DNA from: Malacoraja senta
Taxonomy: Eukaryota
NCBI GenBank assembly: GCA_038087875.1
Contig: JAXLNO010000371.1
Location: 1 to 60,877 of the forward strand
Direction: 5' to 3'
Length of the DNA: 60,877 nt
Shown here: positions 1 through 11,808 of the stretch, piece after piece
Layout: each line of letters begins with the position of its first letter
How positions within the stretch are numbered: position 1 is the first letter of the stretch
Notes under the pieces: generated by a model
Told to the model about the DNA's origin: nothing
Databases searched by the model: none
Seen by the model: the letters and a program-made list of their open reading frames with translations, nothing else
Translations under genes and position numbers: made by a program

Positions 1-150
1 AGGCTCTTCGGCCCACCGAGTCTGTGCCGACCAGCCGATCCCCGCACACTAACACTTGGGGCAATTTAACAATTTTACCAAGCCAATTAATCTACAAACC
101 TGTGCTTCTTTGGAGTGTGGGGAGGAAACCAGAGCACCCGGAGAAAACCC

Positions 151-1447
151 ATGCCCTCTGAGGCAGATAATTCCACAAACTCACAACTCTGTGTGAAGAA
201 GTGTTTCCTCGTCTCCGTTCTAAATGGCTTACTCCTTATTCTTAAACTGTGGCCCTGGTTCTGGACTCCCCCAACATCGGGAACATGTTTCCTGCCTCTA
301 GCGTGTCCAAGCCCTTAACAATCTTATATGTTTCAATAAGATCCCCTCTCATCATTCAAATCTCCAGAGTGTACAAGCCCAGCTGCTCCATTCTCTCAGC
401 AGATGACAGTCCCACCATCCTGGGAATTAACCTTGTAAACCTACGCTGCACTCCCTCAATAGCAAGAATGTCCTTCCACAAATTAGGGGACCAAAACTGC
501 ACACAATACTCCAGGTGTGGTCTCACTGGGGCTCTGTACAACTGCAGAAGGACCTCTTTGCTCCTATATTCGGTTCCTCTTGTTATGAAGGCCAACATGC
601 CATTCGCTTTCTTCACTGCCTGCTGTACCTGCATGCTTACTTTCATAGACTGATGTTCAAGGACCCCCAGATCCCGTTGTACTTCCCCTTTTCCCAACGA
701 CGCCATTTAGATAGTCATCAGCCTTCCTGTTTTTGCTACCAAAGTGGATAACCTCACATTTATCCGCATTAAACTTCATCTGCCATGCATCTGCCCACTC
801 CCCCAACCTGTCCAAGTCACCTGCATTCTCATAGCATCCTCCTCACTGTTCACACTGCCACCCAGCTTTGTGTCATCTGCAAATTTGCTAATGTTACTTT
901 GAATCCCTTCATCCAAATCACTGATGTATATTGTAAATAGCTGCGGTCCCAGCACCGAGCCTTGCGGTACCCCACTAGTCACTGCCTGCCATTCTGAAAG
1001 GGACCCGTTAATCCCTACTCTTTGTTTCCTGTCTGCCAACCACTTCTCTATCCATGTCAGCACTCTACCCCCAATACCATGTGCTCTAATTTTGCCCACT
1101 AATCGCCTATGTGGGACCTTATCAAATGCTTTCTGAAAGTCCAGGTACACTACATTCACTGGCTCTCCCTTGTCCATTTTCCTAGTTACATCTTCAAAAA
1201 ATCCCAGAAGATTAGTCAAGCATGATTTCCCCTTCGTAAATCCATGCCGACTCGGACCGATCCTGTTACTGCTATCCAAATGTTCGGCTATCTCATCTTT
1301 TATAATTGACTCCAGCATCTTCCCCACCACCGATGTCAGGCTAACTGATCTATAATTCCCTGTTTTCTCTCTCCCGCCTTTCTTAAAAAGTGGGATAATA
1401 TTAGCTACCCTCCAATCCACAGGAACTGATCCTGAGTCTATAGAACA
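151..1447 (-). mobile_element. CR1 LINE RT fragment
   Basis: ORFs 776-1657 and 356-706 contain YLDFQKAFDKVPH, GVPQGSVLGP, FADDTK and [11 protein letters not shown]. Confidence 0.92.
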
Positions 1448-2289
1448 TTGGGGCATCTTAGGGCATGGGATGTAGATGGGGCATCTTGGATGCATTGAGA
1501 AGTTGGGCCGAATGGCCTGTTTCTTGCTGTATGAGTACAATCCAGCCAAACACAAGTACAATAGGTAGAAACATAGAAACATAGAAAATAGGTGCAGTAG
1601 TAGACCATTCAGCCCTTCGAGCCAGCACCGCCATTCAATGTGATCATGGCTGATCATCCAGAATCAGTACCCCGTTCCTGCCTTCTCCCCATATCCCCTG
1701 ATTCCGTTACCCCTAAGAGTTAAATCTAACTCTCTCTTGAGAACATCGCCAAGCTGGAGCGAAGGGGAAAATGCCAGAGTGATTGTTAGTGCAGGTGGAA
1801 AGTTACATTAGATGTATAAGTGGTAAATCTAGTAACATCTAATAAGAAGGTCAGAATCTTTTCTCTTTCTTTTTATCTTTGGAGTAAACCAGCATCTGCA
1901 GTTCCTTCCTATACTATAAAAAGCTCTCTCTTTCCTGCTTCTGAGAATCGGTTTTCCACCCAGACACTAATATGTTTACCTCCCGTAACAGTGGCTCCGT
2001 TTTCAAACCAGCGAATTGAGGTTGGTGCAGGAAGCAACTGCAGACGCTGGTTTAAACCCAAGATAGACACACAATGCTGGAGTAACTCAGCGGGACAGGC
2101 AGCATCTCTGGAGAGAAGGAATGGGTGACGTTTCGGGTCGTGGCCCTTCTTCAGACTTCTTCACACAGTTGGTGTTCTGGGACATGTTATGAACTGACAG
2201 AATGCCTCACCAGTGAAACTACATTTAGAAAATAGAACATAGAACCATGCAACGCAGGCCCTTCGGCCCACAATGTCCGTGATATTAGA

Positions 2290-2895
2290 ATTGTGCCATT
2301 CGGCCCATCAAGTCTACTCCGCCATTCAATCATGGCTGATCTATCTCTCCCTCCTAACCACATTCTCCTGCCTTCTCCCCATAACCTCTGACACCCGTAC
2401 TGATCAAGAATCTATCTATCTCTGCCTTAAATATATCCATTGACTTGGCCTCCACGGCCTTCTGTGGCAAAGAATCCCACAGATTCACCACCCTCTGACT
2501 AAAGAAATTCCTCCTCATCTCCTTCCTAAAATAACGTCCTTTAATTCTGAGGATATGACCTCTAGTTTTAGTCTCTCCCACTAGTGGAAACATCCTCTCC
2601 ACATTCACTCTATCCAAGCCTTTCACTATTTTGTACGTTTCAATGAGGTCCCGGCTCATTCTTCTAAACTCCAGCGAGTACAGGCCCAGCGCCGACAAAC
2701 GCTCATCATAGGTTAACCCGCTCATTCCTGGGATCATTCTTGTAAACCTCCTCTGGACCCTCTCCAGAGCCAGCACATCTTTCCTCAGATATGGTGCTCA
2801 AAATTGCTCAAAGTATTCCAAATGGGGCCTGACCAGCGCCTTATAGAGCCTCAGCATTACATCCCTGTTTTTGTATACAAGCCCTCTTGAAATAA
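2290..2895 (-). mobile_element. CR1 LINE 3' fragment (second subfamily)
   Basis: LERVQRRFTRMIPG...FFSQRVVNLWDSLP plus 3' UTR. Confidence 0.88.
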
Positions 2896-3080
2896 ATCCC
2901 CTCTGCCTGCACGTGATCCGTATCCCTCCATTCCCTGCATATCCATGTGCCTGTCTAAAAGCCTCTTAAACACCACTATCGTATCTGCCTCCACCACCAC
3001 CCCTGGCAGCGCGTTCCAGGCACCCACCACCCTCTTTAAACTTTACCCCTCTCACCTTAATCATCAAAGAGCCACACCAG

Positions 3081-3730
3081 CGAATGGCATGTTGACCTTT
3101 ATAACAAGAGGAGTCGAGTATAGGAGCAAAGAGGTCCTTCTGCAGTTGTACAGGGCCCTAGTGAGACCACACCTGGAGTATTGTGTGCAGTTTTGGTCCC
3201 CTAATTTGAGGAAGGACATTCTTGCTATTGAGGGAGTGCAGCGTAGGTTTACAAGGTTAATTCCCGGGATGGCGGGACTGTCATATGCTGAGAGAATGGA
3301 GCGGCTGGGCTTGTACACTCTGGAGTTTAGAAGGGTGAGAGGGGATCTCATTGAAACATATAAGATTGTTAAGGGTTTGGACACGCTAGAGGCAGGAAAC
3401 ATGTTCCCGATGTTGGGGGAGTCCAGAACCAGGGGCCACAGTTTAAGAATAAAGGGTAAACCATTTAAAACGGAGATGAGGAAAAACTTTTTCCACACAG
3501 AGAGTGGTGAGTCTGTGGAATTCTCTGCCTCAGAGGCCGGTGGAGGCCGGTTCTCTGGACGATTTCAAGAGAGAGCTAGATGGGGCTCTTAAAAATAGCG
3601 GAGTCAGGGGATATGGGGAGAAGGCAGGAACGGGGTATTGATTGGGGATGATCAGCCATGATCACATTGAATGGCGGTGCTGGCTCGAAAGGCTGAATGG
3701 CCTACTCCTGCACCTACTGTCTATTGTCTG
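3081..3730 (+). mobile_element. CR1 LINE 3' fragment
   Basis: [17 protein letters not shown]...; 3' UTR GGCTGAATGGCCTACTCCTGCACC with TATTGTC tail. Confidence 0.9.
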
Positions 3731-6700
3731 TTGTAACTCAGCGGGTGAGGCAGCATCTATGGAGTGAAGGAATAGGTGACGTTTTGTGTCGAGACCCTTC
3801 TTCAGTCTCTCGTTTGTCATGTCATACTAAGTTTGTATATTCTGTTGTGCTGCAGCAAGTAAGAATGTCATTGTTCTATCTGGGACACCTGACAATTAAA
3901 CTCTCTTGACTCTTGACTCTGCCCCTCTAGTCTTTGACATTTCCAACCTGGGGACAATATTCTGACCGTCTACCATCTCTGAGCCTCTGGTAAATTTAGA
4001 GACGTTAAGCATGATGTTTTTAACCTTTTCTTGAAAGAAGAGGTTATTTCACCATAATCTTCCTTTCATGTTTGTTTATTTTTTCCTCACGAGCACACTG
4101 ATACCCTTCAATGATCTGCATTCAGTAACCACAAGGTTACTTCATAAAATGAGCAGCGTTTGGTTCGTTTGTTGTCAGGTGTACCAAGGTACAGCGAAAA
4201 ACTTTTGTTCACAAGTCATAAGCTCATAAGGGAGAGGAGCAGAATTAGGCCATTCGGCCCATCAAGTCCACTCCGCCATTCAATCATGGCTGATCTATCT
4301 CTCCCTCCTAACCCCATTCTCCTGCCTTCTCCCCATAAAATCTGACACCTGTACTAATGAAGAATCTATCTATCTCTGCCTTAAGAAAATATCCACTGAC
4401 TTGGCCTCCACAGCCTTCTGTGGCAATGAATTCCACAGATTGGCCACCCTCTGACTAAAGAAGTTCCTCCTCATCTCCTTCCTAAAATAGCTTTTGTTGC
4501 GTGCTAACCAGTCAGCGGAAAGACAAGACGAATAACATTTAATGCAAGATAAAGTCCGATTATAGATAGCCCGTGGGTCTTCAATGAAGCAGATAGTAAC
4601 TCAGGACCATTCTCTAGACCAATCTGCGTTGCTGATACAATGGTTCAGCTATTTGTGGTTTAGTTTAGTTTAGAGATGGAAACAGGCCCTTCGGCCCATC
4701 ACACCCGCACTGTCTATCGATCACCCATTCATACTGGTTCTATCCCATACACTAGGGACAATTTACCAAAGCCAATTAGCCTGCAAATCTGCACGTCTTT
4801 GGAGTGTGGGTGGAAACCGAAGATCTCGGAGAAAAACCACGCAGGTCACGGGGAGAATGTACAAACTCCGTACAGACAGCACCCGTAGTCAGGATGGAAC
4901 CCGGGTCTCTGGCGCTGCGAGGCAGCAACTCTACCGCTGCGCCACTGTGCCACCCTTTCCGAGCCACTTCTGCAGCAATGAATCACACGGATCCCCCCCA
5001 CCCTCTGACGGCAGTTAACGCACAACAATAAACTGGATATTAACACACGTTGCATTTTATTTTGACGGGGCGACAGAAAGGAGAAGTTGTGCACCTCTTG
5101 GTGCAGCTGCGTCACGCTCTGCACTGAACAAGTCGGGTCTAAAGTCAGTCAATGTACAGGAATCACATAAAACTCAAACACTTCCAATTGCTGCATATCT
5201 GAAACAAAGGCAGAAAGTGCCGGAAACACTCAGTAGGTCCAGCGGCCTCTGTGGAAAGAAATGCAAAGTTAATATTCCGGGTTCAAAACTCTTACAACTG
5301 GGAAAAGGCACAGGAAAGATCTTTGTTCGGACTCTGCTGGCTTTACCTTGCACTAAACGCTATTCCCACATCATGTATCTGTACTTTAAGAAGGAACTGC
5401 AGATGCTTGAAAATCGAAGGTAGACAAAAGTGCTGGAGAAACTCAGTGGGTGCAGCAGCATCTATGGAGCGAAGGAAATAGGCAAAGTTTCAGGCCGAAA
5501 CGTTGCCTATTTCCTTCGCTCCATAGATGCTGCTGCACCCGCTGAGTTTCTCCAGCACTTTTGTCTACCTTCATGTATCTGTACACTGTAAATGGCTCGA
5601 TTGTAATCATGTATTATCTTTCCGCTGACTGGATAGCGCGCAACAAAAGCTTTTCACTGTACCTCGGTACACGTGACAATAAACTAAACTGAACTGAACT
5701 GAAACTGGAAGGTAGATAAAGGGTCTCAAAGAAGGGTCTCGACCCGAAACGTCACCTATTCCTTCGCTCCGTAGATGCTGCCTGAATAGACAATAGACAA
5801 TAGACAATAGACAATAGACAATAGACGATAGACAATAGACAATAGACCCAGGAGTAGGCCATTCGGCCCTTCTAGCCAGCACCGCCATTCAATGTGATCA
5901 TGGCTGATCATCCACAATCAGTACCCCGTTCCTGCCTTCTCCCCATATCCCCTGACTCCGCTATTTTTAAGAGCCCTATCTAGCTCTCTCTTGAAAGCAT
6001 CCAGAGAACCTGCCTCCACCGCCCTCTGAGGCAGAGAATTCCACTGCCTCAACCGCTGAGTTTCTCCAGCATTTTTGTCTACCCTCGATTTTTCCAGCAT
6101 CTGCAGTTCCTTCTTGAACTGAAACTGGTAGAGTCCAGGGTTCATGAACTAACTATTGCTCTGGTTATGATTTCTAAACCAAGTGTTGCCCTCATTGTCA
6201 GCTGGCGTGATTGGGATTTTTATGCGCTGTCACTTCCCATATTTTCCAACGGAGAATGACCACGAGGCTGATCCTTTGTATTTTGTGCAATAAAAATAGG
6301 ATGTCAGAAACTCCTTGACACCAAAGATAGACACAAAATTGTGATCTAACAATTAAGTCATGGGGGTGATGGGGTCATAGAGCCATCGAAGCAGAGAGTT
6401 GTGGACTTGTAGAGGCATGGAGCACTGCTTGGTTTGAGAACGGCTCCATCCAGGACTGGTAGAAATGGCAGCAAATTGTGGACACAGCCCAGCCCATCAC
6501 ACAACCCCCCCCCCCCTCTTCTATTGATCCCATTTGTATCTTACGCTGCCTCGGCAATAGGTTGCCGACTATCCCGTATTAGCTGGGACATCCCGTACAT
6601 TTTTCACACGGAGGGTTGTGAGTCTGTGGAATTCTCTACCCCAGAGGGCGGTGGAGGCTGGTTCTCTGGATACTTTCAAGAGAGAGTTAGATGGGGCTCT

Positions 6701-7406
6701 TAAAGATAGCGGAGTCAGGGGATATGGGAAGAAGGCAGGAACGGGGATGTTCTGCCATGATCACATTGAATGGCGGTGCTGGCTCGATGGGCCGAATGGC
6801 CTACTTCTGCACCTGTTGTCTATTGAGCTACTCAGGAGAGGTTGGATAGGCTGGGTTTTTTTTCTGTGGAGCAAAGGAGGCTGAGGGGTGATATTGAGGT
6901 GACCATGAGGGGCGTGGATAAAGTGAACGTCCACAGTCTTTGTCCCCAGAGTAGAGGATTCTAAAACTAGAGGGCACAGGCAGATGAGAGAGATTTAAGA
7001 GGGACCTCAGGAGCAACATTTTCACTCCGAGTGAAGTCTGTATTTGGAACGAACTGCCAGAGGAAGTTATAGAAGCGGTCACGGTGGCGCAGCAGTAGAG
7101 TTGCTGCCTTACAGCGAATGCAGCACCGGAGACCCGGGTTCCATCCCGACTACGGGTGCTCTCTGTACGGAGTTTGCACGTTCTCCCCGTGACCTGCGTG
7201 GGTTTTCTCCGAGATCTTCGGTTTCCTCCCACACTCCAAAGACGTGCGGGTTTGTAGGTTAATTGGCTTGGTGTAAATGTAAAAATTGTCCCTAGTGGGT
7301 GCAGGATTCTTCAGACTGAAGAATCTGTAGAGTCTGAAGAAGGGTCTCGACCCGAAACGTCACCCATTCCTTCTCTCCCGAGATGCTGCCTGTCCCGCTG
7401 AGTTAC

Positions 7407-7601
7407 TGTTTTCATATCTGTCTGCTTATAAAATAAGTAAACTAGCACATAATATACAGAGAAAGATGGCTGCACGCACACTCGTGTTGGGATCAAAAAC
7501 AGGGATGATTTATTTCCAAGTCAAAGGTCACTGACTGATTTACTGAGCATGTGCGAGAATGAGCACAGCTCATGTGCATAAATTACAGGGATATTGTCAC
7601 T
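7407..7601 (-). repeat. 3' LTR of the Gypsy element
   Basis: Direct repeat of 17339-17533 with about 15 mismatches by manual count. Adjacent TCCTTTCCCTTTT (~7602-7614) is the polypurine tract on the minus strand. Confidence 0.95.
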
Positions 7602-8794
7602 TCCTTTCCCTTTTGACATTTTGGGATTACATTTCCGACGATCCCAAAACAAAGTAAACTTAAACGCTTTTCATAATATTACACCGTAGTAATATGGTTT
7701 AACTTAACAGAATAATACAACTGTTCTGTCTTATTTCACAATTTCAATCAGAGTCACACTTGTGACATTTCAATAACATAATGTTCAATAAACTAATGCT
7801 CACATGCTTTCTTCTCATAAGCAGGTAGGTCCATCACAGCGAAACACATTACTTTGTGACATACTCGCTGTACCTTTCCAGCGGTCTGACAGCTCTACCT
7901 GCCCATGTCTTTGTGATGGTGTTTCTTTCAGAAGTGTCTTTCTTTTCAGTAGGTACATCCTGTGCATCACTTCTAGGTTCTTCTCTTGTATCACTTGTTT
8001 TTTGTTCAGATTTCTTTGTGTTAAGAGTTTCGCGACTTGCATCTTTTCCCAGTGATGCATGCTGCGTTGGTCATTTCCATGTCAGCTGAGGTTGCAAAGG
8101 GTGTCCCAGTCTTCTCCACGTCTGGTGGTTTCTCTGGAGTTGTGTGTGGGGGTAGTTGTCCGGTCTTCTTCAGATCCACTGGGTTACGTCGGATTAGAAG
8201 TCCTGACTCTGTCTCGACTTCGTATGATCTCCCATCCAGTCGTCTCTGAACTGTTGCTCTCTGCCATCCGGTGTCTCCTAGTTTGTGGGGTTTGAGTCTT
8301 ACAGCATCACCTTCTTCCAGGATTGGCAGATCCTCGGCATGTCGGTTGTAGATTTTTTCCTTGCAAATCCTTCATCTTTGTCCTCTCTTCTGTGAGTATC
8401 TCAGCACCACGTGGTTTGAGGAGGTTAGATGTCGTTGGAAGTGACGTCCTTGTTCTCCTTCCATGTAGTCTTTGTGCAGGACTACTGTTCAATTCTTGCT
8501 CCGTGGTGTTGCGTAATTCCAGTATCGCCAAGTAAACATCTGTCTTGGAGTGAGTGGTTTTATTCCGCACTTGCTTAGCTGCCTTGACTGCCGATTCCAC
8601 CTTTCCATTAGCCTGGCTATGTCTTAGAGAAATGGTGTAGTGGTCAAATGCCCATTTCCTGGCAAACTCCTCTGATGAGAACAGTGTCCCGCTGTCGCTT
8701 ACCACAGTGCTGGGAATTCCGTATCTTGCAAAGTGGCTCTTGAGTTTCACAATGATTGTCCTGCTGCTCAGGTCGTACAGTCTGTCTATCTCCC

Positions 8795-9335
8795 AGAAAT
8801 CTGAGGAAGGACATTATAGCCATAGAGGGAGTGCAGAGAAGGTTCACCAGACTGATTCCTGGGATGTCAGGACTTTCATATGAAGAAAGACTGGATAGAC
8901 TTGGCTTATACTCGCTAGAATTTAGGAGATTGAGAGGGGATCTTATAGAAACGTACAAAATTCTTATGGGGTTGGACAGGCTAGATGCAGGAAGATTGTT
9001 CCCGATGTTGGGGAAGTCCAGGACAAGGGGTCACAGCTTAAGGATAAGGGGGAAATCCTTTAAGACCGAGATGAGGAAAAACTTTTTCACACAGAGAGTG
9101 GTGAATCTCTGGAACTCTCTGCCACAGAGGGTAGTTGAGGCCAGTTCATTGGCTATATTTAAGAGGGAGTTAGATGTGGCCCTTGTGGCTAAAGGGATCA
9201 GGGGGTATGGAGAGAAGGCAGGTACAGGATACTGAGTTGGATGATCAGCCATGATCATATTGAATGGCGGTGCAGGCTCGAAGGGCTGAATGGCCTACTC
9301 CTGCACCTATTTTCTATGTATCTATGTATCTATGT
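8795..9335 (+). mobile_element. CR1 LINE 3' fragment nested in the Gypsy integrase
   Basis: ORF 8756-9235. Removing it rejoins the integrase as ITVDYLSNF|WEIDRL, with AAAT shared at both junctions. Confidence 0.92.
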
Positions 9336-11007
9336 AAATTAGATAGATAGTCCACTGTGATTAAATAGTGCTTTCCCTCAAGTTTGAACAGATCAGTAAC
9401 CACTTTCTCGCATGGTCGATCTGGGAGGTGATGGGGCATCAGAGTTTCTTTCTGATTCTGTTGTTCGTACGTCCTGCAGGCTTCACAGTTTGAAATGAAC
9501 TGCTTCACATCAGAGTTCATTCCGGGCCAGAAAATGCATTCTCCAGCACGTCTGAGGGTTCCTTCTACTCCCAGGTGAGAGGGGTGGAGTGTCTCCTTCA
9601 TATCTCTACGTAGAGTGACAGGGATTACAACTCTCTCTCCTCTGAATACTAGGCCGTCTTGCACACTCAACTCGTCTCTGACGTTGAAGTACGGTTGTGC
9701 TGCCTCTGGAACTTCTGCCTTGTGACCTGGCCATCCATTTTGGATTACTCTCTTAACTGTTTGTAGTGTTTCGTCTTCACTGGTGTGGGCTTGGATGCGT
9801 TTGACCTTGTCCTCTCCCATGCTCAAGGACTCAACTACGTTGACATCAGTGAATCTGGTTGAACCTGTGGTGTCAGGGAGGTATCCTCGGGAGAGCATAT
9901 CTGCTAGATGCATGTCTTTTCCCTTTACCCACTTGATCTCGATGTCGTAGTGTAGCATCCTCATCATCATGCACTGGAGACGTCTTGGTGCTCTATGCAG
10001 AGGCTTTTTGACGATGACTTCCAATGGCTTGTGGTCACCCTCAATGATCACTCTCTGTCCATAGGTGTACTGATGGAAGCGCTCGAGGGCAAACACTATT
10101 GCTAGTGCCTCCTTCTCAATCTGAGCATATCTCTGCTCGGTTGGTGTCAATGCTCGACTCACATAGGACAGTGGTTGTCCCTTCTGCATAAGTGTTGCAC
10201 CCAGACCTGCCTTACTTGCATCACATTGTATGGTCAGCTGTTCAGCTGGTGTGTAGTACGCCAGGATAGGTGCCGTTGTCAACAGCTCCTTGATCTTTGA
10301 CATTGCCGTGTCATGTTCTGATGACCATTCCCACTCTGCTTCCTTGTGGGTCAATCTCCTCAAAGGCTGGAATGTGTCTGACAACATTGGCAGGAATCTT
10401 GCCAAGTAGTTTCCACGGCCTTGTAATCTTTAGATTTCTGTTGGATTGGTTGGGTTGGGCATCTCTAGGATAGCCTGGATCTTCTTCGGATCCGGTTTCA
10501 GGCCACAATCTGTAATTATATGTCCTAGAAATGTGATACACGTAGTTTTCACTACCGACTTCTTCCGGTTCAGCTTGATGCCTCTGTCTCTGCATCGCTG
10601 AAGAAGATCTTGCAGTCTTGCATCGTGATTCCTTTCTGCATCTTCTCTGGTGTCCCCTACTCCGAATAGGATGATGTCATCGGCAACACATTCCACTCCC
10701 TCTAATCCTTCTAGGGCTTGTTGCAGCTTCGTCTGGAAGAACTCTGTACTTACTTTCAGTCCAATTTGGCAACCTCTTCCAGCGATATCTCCCAAAGGGG
10801 GTGTTCATGGTTGTTAGGAAACTGCTCTCCTCATCTAGTTCGCAGTGGAGATATCCTGACTTCAGATCGAATTTGGAGAAAATCTTCGCCTTGGACAGCT
10901 CAGGGAGCATGTCCTCTATGACTGGTAGTCTGTGGATCTCCCTTTTCAGGTCTTTGTTGAGGGGTCTAGGATCTCTGCAGAACCTCAATTCTGTGCTGTC
11001 CTTTTTC

Positions 11008-11797
11008 TTTGGTGGCAAAAACAGGAAAGTAGACTATTATCTTAATGGTGGCCGATTAGGAAAGGGGAGATGCAACGAGACCTGGGTGTCATGGTACACC
11101 AGTCATTGAAAGTAGGCATGCAGGTGCAGCAGGCAGTGAAGAAAGCGAATGGTATGTTAGCATTCATAGCAAAAGGATTTGAGTATAGGAGCAGGGAGGT
11201 TCTACTACAGTTGTACAGGGTCTTGGTGAGACCACACCTGGAGTATTGCGTCCAGTTTTGGTCCCATAATCTGAGGAAAGACATTCTTGCCATAGAGGGA
11301 GTGCAGAGAAGGTTCACCAGACTAATTCCTGGGATGTCAGGACTTTCATATGAAGAAAGACTGGATAGACTCGGCTTGTACTCGCTAGAACTTAGAAGAT
11401 TGAGGGGGGATCTTATAGAAACGTACAAAATTCTTAAGGGGTTGGACAGGCTAGATGCAGGAAGATTATTCCCGATGTTGGGGAAGTCCAGAACAAGGGG
11501 TCACAGTTTAAGGATAAGGGGGGGAAGTCTTTTAGGACCGAGATGAGAAAAACATTTTTCACACAGAGAGTGGTGAATCTCTGGAACTCTCTGCCACAGA
11601 GGGTAGTGGAGGCCAGTTCATTGGCTATATTTAAGAGGGAGTTAGATGTGGCCCTTGTGGCTAAAGGGATCAGGGGGTATGGAGAGAAGGCAGGTACGGG
11701 ATACTGAGTTGGATGATCAGCCATGATCATATTGAATGGCAGTGCAGGCTCGAAGGGCCGAATGGCCTATTCCTGTACCTATTGTCTATGTTTCTAT
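11008..11797 (+). mobile_element. CR1 LINE 3' fragment nested in the Gypsy RT
   Basis: ORF 11070-11546. Removing it rejoins RT as VVTEK|KDSTELRFC, with TTTCT at both junctions. Confidence 0.92.
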
Positions 11798-11808
11798 ATT
11801 TTAATGTT

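Noticed and set aside
4950..5300. Non-repeat stretch as the ALS2CL promoter or a non-coding first exon
   Set aside because: Possible, but no convincing splice donor, CpG island or core promoter motif supports it.
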